Positions 36,344-46,228 of a stretch of 64,000 bases of DNA are shown in pieces. The DNA is from Cladosporium halotolerans. Lineage: Eukaryota. Each line of letters opens with the position of its first letter. Position 1 is the first letter of the stretch. The DNA lies in the NCBI RefSeq assembly GCF_011745625.1, contig NW_027191472.1, positions 248,001-312,000 on the forward strand. The letters run 5' to 3'. The notes below the pieces were generated by a model that saw only the letters and a program-made list of their open reading frames with translations, was not told where the DNA came from and made no database searches. The position numbers and the translations under genes were made by a program.

Positions 36344-38254
36344 TCACAGACGCGTATTATGGTTAGTACGGGCTCTCGGGCGAACGGCGCATCGGTAGGG
36401 ACACCTGTTGCTACGCTGAAGCCATGGCGAGATGCACTCGCTGCAGAAAGTGTGCGAGCAGGGCAATGTCTCCGTAGTGCCGCTCGCGCCGAGGGTCTCG
36501 AGGCAGATGCCACAGTCTGCTCGCTCACTGGTGCCTGGTGGACTTTGCGTGGCTACTGAACCACTAGGAGCAGGACTCGCTGGCTCACTACTGCTTGATG
36601 GGCCTGGTGCGGCGGCTTGTGCACTGGAAGCAGGAGTTGGTGACTCACCGGCAGTTGGCGGCACGGCCGTTGGGGTATCAGAAGCAGGAGTTGCTGGCTG
36701 CTCTGGTGCAGCCGTGTCGTGATCGTGCTGGTGCTCGGCTGGAGAATGCTGGGGAGCGATATTTGGTTCTCCGGCTACTGCACCGAGTCGCTGTGCTGGG
36801 GGAGGTTGCTGCTCGTTGACACTAAGTGCTTCAATGGCCGCCTCGAGTGTCTCGATAGGAGGCCGCTGTTGTTCGACGCTAGGCTCTGCAGCTGCTTCTG
36901 CAGGCGCCGCGACTGGCGGACTACTAGAAGGTCCAGAGGTCGCAGAGGTCGCAGTGGGTTGCTCAAATTCTTGTGAGGGCCTAGCATCTCCATGGCGCTC
37001 GAAGTCTTGTGCAAGAGCCGGTACCGGATCGGCTACTCTTTCGAGAGTTGCCACTGACGGCTCGACTACACTATCATTGCTAGCCTGTAGCGCTTCTTGA
37101 ACTTCTCTCAGCGCTCCCATGAGCTGACGAGCCTGAAACGGACCTGGGATGAATCTCAGTCCGTTATCTCGGCAGAGAGGACAGCTAGGTGACTCGGTCA
37201 ACCAGCGCTGAATACATCCTGCGCAGAAGCTGTGGTCGCATCTCAAAGTTTCACGGTCGCCGTTGCTTCCGACGTCATCCAAACAGATGGTGCAGCGCTC
37301 TGGTGCGGAAACAGTGCGCTGGCGATCAGGTTCGGGCGCGTGGTGTGGCTGGTTGGTCTGGTGATTGGCTTCTGGCGTAGAAGCATTCTGTTCACGGACA
37401 GGAGTGACAACGCGTTGTGGCTGGGCTGCATGGCTTTGCTGTTCGCGATGAAGAGAAGGAGAATTTGTTGTCCGTATACGTGAGGTTGAGTTTTGATTCT
37501 GAGCGGCGTGAACGACCTGTTGAGTAGCAGCGACAGGCTCGCGAACAGGCTCCATGACAGGCCGGGACTGGGTATACCGTACGCGTTGATCGATCTGACG
37601 GTCGACCGGAATCAGTGGTCGTGTGACTGAATGTTGCGGATAGTAAGTAGCTTCTAGCGCGTGAGCAAAGAGCTGGCGAATTGGCTGCTGGATACGGTGT
37701 GGCTGAACGGTGTGCCGGTGTTGCTCGAACTGAAGGTCAGGCTGATACACTGTTTGTGGTAAAGCGAGCGAAGCTGCATTCTCGACGAAGTAGTTGAGTT
37801 GTGGTACAGACGCAGTAGGCTGGCGAGCAGGGTCGACGATACGGCGTGGGCGGCCTGCTTGCTCACGCTGTCCGATTTGATGGATGTGCTGATGACGCTG
37901 TTGAGCAAGGGCAATTGATTCCAAGCCCTGGGTACATCGAATGGATGCGATCCAATCATGGATCACCTGGATGTACTGGTCGGAGTCTTTGACGTGCCAT
38001 CGTTTGCAAAGAGTAAGGGAAGCAAGCCTGGCTAGTTCCCGCTCAAGCACACGAGTGTCATTTGCGATGCTCGGAAGCACCGTCAACAGCCGTTTTGCTT
38101 GTACGACATCGGCTCTTGCTATTCTGTTCCGACATCTTCGGCCTTGTGAATGTGCATGCCCTACACAGCTCCAGTCGTTGGTATCTGGGTTGACCAGTTC
38201 GAGGAGATTCGCGGTAATCCACGGCTGACTTTGATTAGACCACAAGAAAGACAT
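36344..38254 (-). CDS. Putative E3 ubiquitin ligase: N-terminal Cys/His module plus two C3HC4 RING fingers
   Basis: Intronless 636-aa ORF. RING1 is CTICLDD..LRCDHSFCAGCIQRWL..SCPLCR and RING2 is CGICLET..LPCSHTFCSECISPWL..RCPYRC. The N-terminus is CVGHAHSQGRRCRNRI..LCKRWH..W. Confidence 0.85.
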   Translation of the reverse strand: MSFLWSNQSQPWITANLLELVNPDTNDWSCVGHAHSQGRRCRNRIARADVVQAKRLLTVLPSIANDTRVLERELARLASLTLCKRWHVKDSDQYIQVIHDWIASIRCTQGLESIALAQQRHQHIHQIGQREQAGRPRRIVDPARQPTASVPQLNYFVENAASLALPQTVYQPDLQFEQHRHTVQPHRIQQPIRQLFAHALEATYYPQHSVTRPLIPVDRQIDQRVRYTQSRPVMEPVREPVAATQQVVHAAQNQNSTSRIRTTNSPSLHREQQSHAAQPQRVVTPVREQNASTPEANHQTNQPHHAPEPDRQRTVSAPERCTICLDDVGSNGDRETLRCDHSFCAGCIQRWLTESPSCPLCRDNGLRFIPGPFQARQLMGALREVQEALQASNDSVVEPSVATLERVADPVPALAQDFERHGDARPSQEFEQPTATSATSGPSSSPPVAAPAEAAAEPSVEQQRPPIETLEAAIEALSVNEQQPPPAQRLGAVAGEPNIAPQHSPAEHQHDHDTAAPEQPATPASDTPTAVPPTAGESPTPASSAQAAAPGPSSSSEPASPAPSGSVATQSPPGTSERADCGICLETLGASGTTETLPCSHTFCSECISPWLQRSNRCPYRCAVRPRARTNHNTRL

Positions 38255-39716
38255 CTCGTGAGACGCTGAGGGGGTGCCTCAAAGCTTGTTTGATGAGATT
38301 GATAGAGAGAATAAGTGCCATCTGGCCAGCTCATCTTGAGTATAAGTACCTAGATAGGATTGTGGGGGTTTGAACAGCCGTCAAGGCTGTGCAGCGCCCG
38401 TTCGACGTGCGGCGCGTCGCTTGGTTCACTTCGCCCACTTCACTGCAGCTTCTCGAAGTGGCAGTGAAACCGCATCTATTTCCGCAGCTGGGCAGTCACA
38501 TGGGAGGAGGGCTATTCTTCACTTAGCTCGTGGTCTGTAACACTGCTGGGCAGTGAAGCGATGACGGATGGCGGCTGGCGCCCTGCAAATACGGATAATC
38601 AACGCAGTACACGAGGGTTAAATTTACTTTCAGCAGGTGGATGGAGGCCAAAAGACGTAGCTCGCTCGTGATGTCCACTCTCCCATTGCGTCACCTCGGG
38701 AACTCCATGGTGACAGCCTGTTGGTGGCGCTCGTTCCCTTGCCGCTTGAGTCATGAAGCAGCCGGCGACAAGCGATGAAGAGCTGAAGACTCGTTCAATG
38801 CATCGACGGGCATGGCCAACATCGATTCGCTCGGTAATCCTGAGGTGCAACCAAGTATGGGCGGCAATGCGCCTTGTCCTCGCCCTGCTGAGCCAGTGCC
38901 TGCATATTCCCGAACGGACTACGTTTCATTGTCGAAAGCTCGACAAAGACTGATTGGTGGCTTCAATCCGTCATGAAAACGATGAGAATGAAACTCGCTG
39001 CGATAACGTGCTTGTGAGGTGTTCTGACTCGGGCCAGCTGACGATGAGGGAAAGATGCCGTGGCTGAGCGAGCTCGGGCGCGCTTCCGGCCTCAGACAGA
39101 CGCCGAACGACGCCGCACGCCTGCAGGCGCGCCGGTCGACACGCTCCCAAGCCTCCAACATTAGTTCATCCTGGTCACACTTGAGGTGATGATATTTCTG
39201 GTCACATCTGCCCGATTTTAGGCAGCTTACACACGCCTCGGACTCCATGGCGGACATCGGCTCGATTTAGGCGCGAGCCAAAAACTTTTTCTTCCGACAG
39301 CTCTCCAAGTCCACTCTCTATCCACAAACAAACCTACGCGTTCGCCTCTAGACAACGCTACATGCCATTTCCGCTTCACTCAGCAGCATTGAAACAGCTG
39401 AGCACCTTTGGCCTGTCTAAGCCGCAGTGGACTGGCTTCGCTTAAGCCTCCGCCTACTCGCAAAGCCTCGCAGCAATCTATGTGAGTCCCTTTCTAATCA
39501 TCTTCTTCAGCTCGGTTATGAAGCCAAGGGCTTGCTACGCATTGCCCCCTAGAGATTGGAGTGCCGCACATATGGCACACGGTGCCAGAAAATGCGTCTC
39601 TCCCCAGATCTCAGCATTTCTTTACAATCGAACGGCAATCCATCTAGTCCCAACTGCTTGTGGAGTTAGTTTGCCATCTCGCGATATCCACATCCCGCCT
39701 CCCACTCTTGCTCAGC

Positions 39717-41662
39717 ATGTCCACAATGCTCGCGTTATCCTTCGACGAGTTACAAACTGAAGTCCAACAACGGGGGACCTTTGGTCAACACCAGTGCATC
39801 TGGAAAACAGACAACGACCGCTGTGATTCTGTGCTGGATGACGAAAACTCTCTGGCTACAGTTCGGAGCATTCTAACGATTTCCCGGTCGGAACTTGGTA
39901 TTGAACAGATTCAGCATGCAGGTCACCTCTCGCTTTGCCCCGACCATGGCGACGTGATATGCATTGAAGATGTGTTCACTTCTCGATGGATTTTCGGGCC
40001 GGACTCGGATCTCGGTCCGTCTCATCTACAAGCGCCCATCCAGCGTGGTGCCAGCGGTACTGATTGCTTAAATCCACCAGCAGATCCACCGACGAGAGCC
40101 CCACGGTCACTATCATCTGAACAGAATACTCCCCTAAGGCCCGGGAGTTCAAGCGACAACATCGTCGCGGATCGAACGGATTCACTTTCGCTTGGCCTGA
40201 CACCTCCATCTCAGCGAACGGGTCAGCGCAGCCTAGGCCTGCAAGCACACCCTCGCCCGATGCCCGTCGACCGGGGGCAACCCCTTTTCAGCAATCAGCG
40301 GCGCCCAGCAATACGAGCACTGGGCATTCGCCTTCCCCACTTGCATTATCTTCCAGTCGAAACTCTGTATCGAGATATCGTTACCCACTCTTCTCTACAC
40401 TCCAAGCAGATTTCCAGAATCAAGACATCAAAGAATACCAGTGCATAGCCAGGAGAACCAGTGGACGCTGTAAGGGCACGATCAATGACGACAATGTTTT
40501 ATCTCAGGTCCGAACCATCATGGAACAAGCTAGAAGTACTCTCTCGCTGGACGATGTTCGCAAAGTCAACCAGTCACTGGTGTGCAACAAATGGGATCAA
40601 TACGAGAAGCAGCGAATGGACATCGAAGCGACATGGAAAGGCGAGTTTCCAGACTTTCCCGACGACTTCGGAAGTCCAACTTCACCCGAAAATACCCCTT
40701 CTAAAAAGAAGTCAGACCCCCAGGTGCCAGAAGTCAGCGATCGCCAGCGCGCACGAAACTCCCGGCAGCGAACAAACACTGGCACAGGCGACAATGCGTG
40801 CTCCGGTCGCAGTGATATCCATCGACTGGCAGTCTTTGCGTCAGAATTCTCAAGCACAGGACCTCAGGGCGATGATACTCCATCACTGAATAATGCGGAA
40901 GAATCAGAGATTTTGGAAGGGTCAAACCAGCCTTCTCAGAAAAACCGCTTTCTTGAGGCAAAATGCTCGGCTTGGGCGCCACACAAGGTCAGATCAGAAG
41001 TGTCCCGACTGTTCAATAAGCCCTTACCGACACCGAAGGTCGTGGGTGTATTGTACCTGTTCAAGGCGATGCACTCCAACCATGTCAAGATTGGATACAC
41101 GCTGGGGAATTGGGAAGAAAGAAAGGCGGGGATCCAAAAGAGCTCTGGTATAGCGCTCAGTGATGAGTATCCGATAGAGGACATACCTTACGCTGTGTTG
41201 CTACGCCTGGAGGCGGTGGTTCACACTTACCTCGCGCACTTCCGACGTGATGTTCCAGTCAAGATACGGACTCGAGCTCAGCATGAGTGGTTTGAGATTG
41301 ACTTCCAGATCGCAAAAAGGACTGCTCACTTCTGGCTGGATAAGATAAGAAAAAGTGGAAGAGTCCCTGCCGGGAACGGCGAGGTTTCAGATTATGACAT
41401 GAATGAGGCGAATTGGCCGGCGATTCACCGCGATCATGACAGACGGTTTGCGGCGTGGGAGACTGTTATCGAGAAGTCGCCAGAGTCTAACACGAATACA
41501 ATGCATGAGATCTGGTGGCGAAAGATTGGTAGGGTGTGGTTGGAAGGGTGTGTTGCCATCTGTTTTGCAGCTGCCGCACAACACCGCTACGGAATGGTAC
41601 CTTCGGCCATCTTGGCAGTCTTGTGGACCATCTTCGCACACTCAATCCTGTTGAGCTCCTAA
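39717..41662 (+). CDS. T5orf172/MUG113-like (GIY-YIG superfamily) nuclease-domain protein with two N-terminal Cys-module repeats and a C-terminal hydrophobic anchor; frame change near 40.0-40.2 kb (intron or frameshift)
   Basis: The frame from ATG 39717 holds repeat 1. A second frame, open from 40121 to 41662, holds a S/P linker, repeat 2 and GVLYLFK..HVKIGYT..R..RLEAVVH..HEWFEID..W (T5orf172 signature), and ends in TM-like segments. Confidence 0.7.
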
Positions 41663-42030
41663 TCGTCGAGGAATGCCGACGTAGTACTCAGCATTTTAAG
41701 AGCATGCATGAGCCTGCGATTATCGGGCTTCAAGAGACCCTGTGCCCTGATCGTTTCATCATATGCTCCGTTCTGGCGACAGGCCTAGGTTTGGGAAGGT
41801 CCCTGACGCTCGCTCGATTTCAGGAAGCCTGCGTTGATTTGCAGGTGCAAGACTACCACAAATGTTGAACCGTTGGTAAATAGGTTGCAGACGGATTATT
41901 TTAGCGGGTCGTGCTATAACAAGCGTGAATCCTTTCTCGGAGAAGTGTTCCTAGACCGAGCTTCGTTGTCCGTCGCTCACACTCCACCTCAACTCGAACT
42001 TATCACCGACACTTAACCACCACAAAAATC

Positions 42031-42690
42031 ATGCGGCTCTCCACTGCACTGCTTTTCGCGCTGAGCACAGTAATTGCCTGTGTATTACTCAAAATAATAA
42101 GAGAAGGCGGGCTGCCAACCATTCACGTCGTCTTCATTGCCGCGTGCGAGGAAGTCACGCGATACCTTCTCTCGCGCCGCTTGGGCTCTGTTGTTGATTC
42201 ACTGGCCATCGGCGCCGCCGCCGCACCGCTGGATTACATTCTTACACTCGCGAGTCCTTCCTGGCGACTGCTGGGCGTGGGGCCTTGCGACACGCGGCGT
42301 AAACGCAAGACGAAATTTGGCGGCTGCGCACATGCAGAAGCATATGCTTGCTACAGTCGTCACGCGAATGGCAAGGCCAACTTTGTGAGCATGGCAGCGT
42401 GCTACAACGTACTCGAAGTGTCTGCTGGCGAAGCAAAGGCGCATTACGAGCATTGTCACAAATCCAGCCAACTCTCAAGGAACGGGTTCTTTGCTTGCGT
42501 GGGAACCAAGTTGAAGCAGAGGGATGATGCGTCAGACAGATGCTACGACGTGGGGCTGCTCATGGCTAACTGTGCGAGGCAGTATGGCGCTATGGATGAA
42601 TGGGCTGAGATTGTCGAAACGCTGGGTGCCATACAAAAAGACATGACGGCTAATGAGGCGAAGGCCTCGGACGATATTGTATCAACGTGA
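42031..42690 (+). CDS. Hypothetical Cys-rich protein with N-terminal signal/anchor
   Basis: 219-aa ORF with strong start context (aaaatcATG), hydrophobic N-terminus MRLSTALLFALSTVIACVLL and about 10 Cys. No family recognised. Confidence 0.55.
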   Translation: MRLSTALLFALSTVIACVLLKIIREGGLPTIHVVFIAACEEVTRYLLSRRLGSVVDSLAIGAAAAPLDYILTLASPSWRLLGVGPCDTRRKRKTKFGGCAHAEAYACYSRHANGKANFVSMAACYNVLEVSAGEAKAHYEHCHKSSQLSRNGFFACVGTKLKQRDDASDRCYDVGLLMANCARQYGAMDEWAEIVETLGAIQKDMTANEAKASDDIVST

Positions 42691-42912
42691 CGGCTCTCAC
42701 GCTGGGATTCCGGTAGCCAAGCTCGGTTGCTGTCCAGTGCCTACAGCCCAGTCACAATTCCCTCTCTACCTCGCTTCGAACTTTCCCCTTGTCAGACTTT
42801 CTTCTTCTTCCGTTGTGCTACTTCGGTACTACTGCGACTGTTTTCTAAAGCCTTCATCGCCGCATGCTTCATATCCAGCTTTTCGATGACCGTCCGTTGA
42901 CGTCTTGCTCCC

Positions 42913-44448
42913 ATGTCTCTACAAGACCTTCCATCAGAGCTCATGGAAAGCATTGTCGTTCTACTATCTCTCTCCGATACAAGCTCTCTTCGATTGACGA
43001 GCAGATGTCTCGCTTCGAAAACTGCACAGGAGCACCTCAAAGCCAGGTTTCGCACAAAGAGGGTTGAAATCACAGAACAGAGACTTCGCTCTTTCGTTGC
43101 TGTGACATCAGTTGGTGGCGTTGGGTGCCTGCTCCAAGACCTGACGCTTGTCGCGCCAGTGTACAACACCTCGGAACTGGCCACTCGACTTAAGGAGAGA
43201 GGGACAAGGGTCGCTAGACTTGATGAGGATGATCCGTTCGTTCGTATAGGCTTTGATCATTTCAAGCGAGGAGATATACGACGGACCAGACTCGATCGTG
43301 CAGTCTTGAAAGAGAGGCTTGCCGAGCAAAACCACCTGCTGAGTAACCAGAAGGATGTGGAGCTCGTCGGGCAGGCCCTCGCCAATCTTGCTGCGCACGG
43401 AGGTTCTCTTCGGAGGTTGCGGACTGAGGTTGTAGTTTACAAGGATGACACTGTTACGCCTCTGCTTCCTCTATTTCGAGGCAACTGGAAACCGATCTGG
43501 ACCGCAGCAGCCAATGTTAGCCGCACATTGTTCGCATCTTTGGCCGCATGCAATTTGCCCGTCCAAAGTCTGGATCTGTTTAATAACACTCGAATGCTAC
43601 GTTGCAGCCTGTATTGCGACGAGCTCAATAGCGTCGACTTCGCGTCTGGTAGGCTTGCTCAATCGCTGAGCCGGTTGACAGAGCTCTCGTTGAGTATCTC
43701 CGAGGGAACGGTCGAACAGAGCTTCCAAAACGACGTCCTGGAAGAATCCAATCGACACTCGGGTCATGACGGTTTGCGATCCTTGCTGCAGACCTGTCCC
43801 AGCATCCAAACACTCGATCTTGGCCATTTCTCTCTGGATCGTATCGAAGACTCGACCGTGCATTTCGGACGCATTATCCGGGCGCTAGGCGAGTCAAGCC
43901 TACCATGTCTCAAGAATCTCACTCTACAAGGCTTCAAAGTCACCGAGAGTGAACTACTCACGTCGCTACAGGGGCTTGAGACCTTGCGGAGCCTTTCGCT
44001 TCGCTACATCCAACTCATTAGGGGCAGCTTCAAGCGCATTCTGGATTACTGTACCATTAAAGCAGCCATCGAGGAATTAGAGCTCGAAAGCCTGTTCGAG
44101 CATAGAGTTGTCGGAAGTCTGCACGAGCCTAGGGTCATCCAATTTGAGTCTCCTTGGATGGTGCGACCACAGAAAACTCCGCCTGAACGTTTCCCAGCCT
44201 TACGTGCTTCCTATCGGCGCGCATCGGACAACGAAGTAGGCCATCAAATTAAGCACCACATACATCAAGCGCCGATTGTAGTCGCAGTCACGTACCACAA
44301 TCGAGATCGAAGACGGCCTGGGGACTCACCGTCCATTAGAGAGTGGAAACAGGACCTGAAAAATCGATTCGGTCCGCTACCAGCGAATGGGAAACCTTCA
44401 TGCCTTCAACCTCATGTTGCGCCTGAGCAGCTGTGGCGATATGGCTGA
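42913..44448 (+). CDS. F-box protein with RNI-like leucine-rich repeats
   Basis: MSLQDLPSELMESIVVLLSLSDTSSLRLTSRCL is the F-box pattern L..LP.E....I...L...D...LR.TSR. LxxLxL repeats follow: LTELSLS, IQTLDLG, LKNLTLQ, LRSLSLR, IEELELE. Intronless 511 aa. Confidence 0.8.
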   Translation: MSLQDLPSELMESIVVLLSLSDTSSLRLTSRCLASKTAQEHLKARFRTKRVEITEQRLRSFVAVTSVGGVGCLLQDLTLVAPVYNTSELATRLKERGTRVARLDEDDPFVRIGFDHFKRGDIRRTRLDRAVLKERLAEQNHLLSNQKDVELVGQALANLAAHGGSLRRLRTEVVVYKDDTVTPLLPLFRGNWKPIWTAAANVSRTLFASLAACNLPVQSLDLFNNTRMLRCSLYCDELNSVDFASGRLAQSLSRLTELSLSISEGTVEQSFQNDVLEESNRHSGHDGLRSLLQTCPSIQTLDLGHFSLDRIEDSTVHFGRIIRALGESSLPCLKNLTLQGFKVTESELLTSLQGLETLRSLSLRYIQLIRGSFKRILDYCTIKAAIEELELESLFEHRVVGSLHEPRVIQFESPWMVRPQKTPPERFPALRASYRRASDNEVGHQIKHHIHQAPIVVAVTYHNRDRRRPGDSPSIREWKQDLKNRFGPLPANGKPSCLQPHVAPEQLWRYG

Positions 44449-44658
44449 ACGATGACCGCCCAGAGCTGATGGCCTCAAATGTGTGGGCAAATGAGGGCCT
44501 ATCCGGACTACGCGAGGTCTTCGATGGCTGCGATTTGTACCTATGCTTTTGGAAACATCATTGCAAAGCAACTCAAGCATACCCAGCGAAGGCACGGCGC
44601 CCGCGAAGCAAGCGGATCCAGTCCTGGGGCTGGCAGCCTCAAAAGCGAGCCAATGTTT

Positions 44659-45476
44659 TTAGGGACAAACTCGGACGGTCATCAATGGTCGACCGCACGC
44701 AATTGAGATTTTCCTATAGCACCAATGCCACCGCACGGAGAATCCCACAACAGCAGCTAAGAGGCGTGCAGGCTGAAGCTCTGAAGCGGCGCCTCTCGCC
44801 TCCATCGCCCAACAACTCTCGCCGTAAGTCTCTTGAAACAGAGCTGCGGACGAGATGCCAAAGCTTTGAATCTCTTCCGGCGTGGAGTAGCATTCGCCCG
44901 ATGCTTCGCTCTGGCAGTTCCATGAGTAGAAAGGCACCAGCCCAATATCTAGAGGCGGGTTGCCTTTGCCTTGCTTGCAATCCCGTTCGGGATATATATT
45001 GAGTAGTCTCGCGGCAATCTCTCCCGGCGCTGTGGTGCCGTACACGCTCTCGTTGGTTCGCTGATACCAGATGCGGGAGTAATTTGCTTGGACATCATAG
45101 GCAGCCCTGTTCAGAGCCGTCACGTTGAGCCTGTTGGGGTCATTCGCTCTGGCTGATCCGGAGTTGGGTACTCCAGGATGAGGCTCTGTTGGGTTGCTGA
45201 TGTTCGTGAAGTTGTTCGCGAAAAGATCTGCTAGGTTGTAGCATTCGCGCTCGTAAGCACCTCTCGGCAAAGGAATGTACTCCATGGTGAAGCCAGGATG
45301 CTCTGTCGATGGCTCACAGTTGGCATCGTCTTCGCTTGAGAAGTGCACGGTTAGATTTGACCTGTGGTGGGGTTAGTTCCTTGGACCAGTATAAGCATTC
45401 TGTCTGCGTACTGTGAGGATGCTAAGTGCATTGATGCAAGCCAGAACAAAAATATACATGATAAGCGCAGAGCCAT
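44659..45476 (-). CDS. Secreted, probably GPI-anchored, Cys-containing protein; exons 45476-45412 and 45361 onward; apparent 1-nt deletion near the C-terminus
   Basis: Signal peptide MALRLSCIFLFWLASMHLASS and a 50-nt intron GTACGC..ACTAAC..CAG give QSNLTVHFSSEDDANC..RECYNLADLF..ANYSRIWY..FYSWNCQS..GECY..CW. The tail GAASELQPARLLAAVVGFS continues hydrophobic (VALVL*, stop 44714) only in a shifted frame. Confidence 0.7.
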
Positions 45477-46228
45477 CGTCTTTGGATTGTTGCAGTTGAA
45501 GACGATTGACGATGAGGAATCAAAGATGGGACCAAATTGTGTTGGTAAGAATGTACAGGCGACCAAGGAGGACCACAGTAGTCGCTTCAATCCTTCACTC
45601 GAAATGACGAGCAGTCGCTCCAAGGGTAGACCTGTGTCAAGATGGTCATCTCTGTGGATCTCACCTCATCCTAAATTAAAGCATGGCCAATCGGTGAAGA
45701 TCCGGCTTGTAGCTTCAGTATGTCTGTGTGATAGGCAGGCACAATGCAGCCAGCCAAGAATTAGACCATACCTTGGCATTGCACCTGGACTCAGTCATCA
45801 AGGCGTGGATTGTCGGGAGTGTACATTCCGACTTCAGGGCCCTGCACGACTGTTTCAACACCTGGTGCAGTCAAGCTCTCCCGACCGTCGCGCAGACATC
45901 TTGGTCCAGACCGATCACCATATCTCAGTTGAGACACCTCACAGTAAAGCATTCCCTTGCCTTCAGCCGTTGCCGACACACCGGCGCGATCGTAGTTTGA
46001 GCGCAGATGAGCGCTTTGCCTTACAAGGCTGTGTCGTGAATCGCGAGGATCCACCGACGAGACACGAAGGATGTGATGGCTCGCCAAGAGTGGGTCTACA
46101 CTTGCGTCACCCCACTCGTCTTCTCGTCTCCTGTCGGTATTTGTGATAGATCACAACCGGCGATGATACCATGCCAGAGTCATCACGACTCAGCTCCCAA
46201 GAATTGTCCGCAGCCAGTCCATAAACCT

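Noticed and set aside
38599..39257. Small minus-strand ORF with CxxC (MSAMESEACVSCLKSGRC..) between the RING and T5orf172 genes
   Set aside because: Only 112 aa, no recognisable domain, and I could not build a convincing spliced extension. It may be real but is unsupported.
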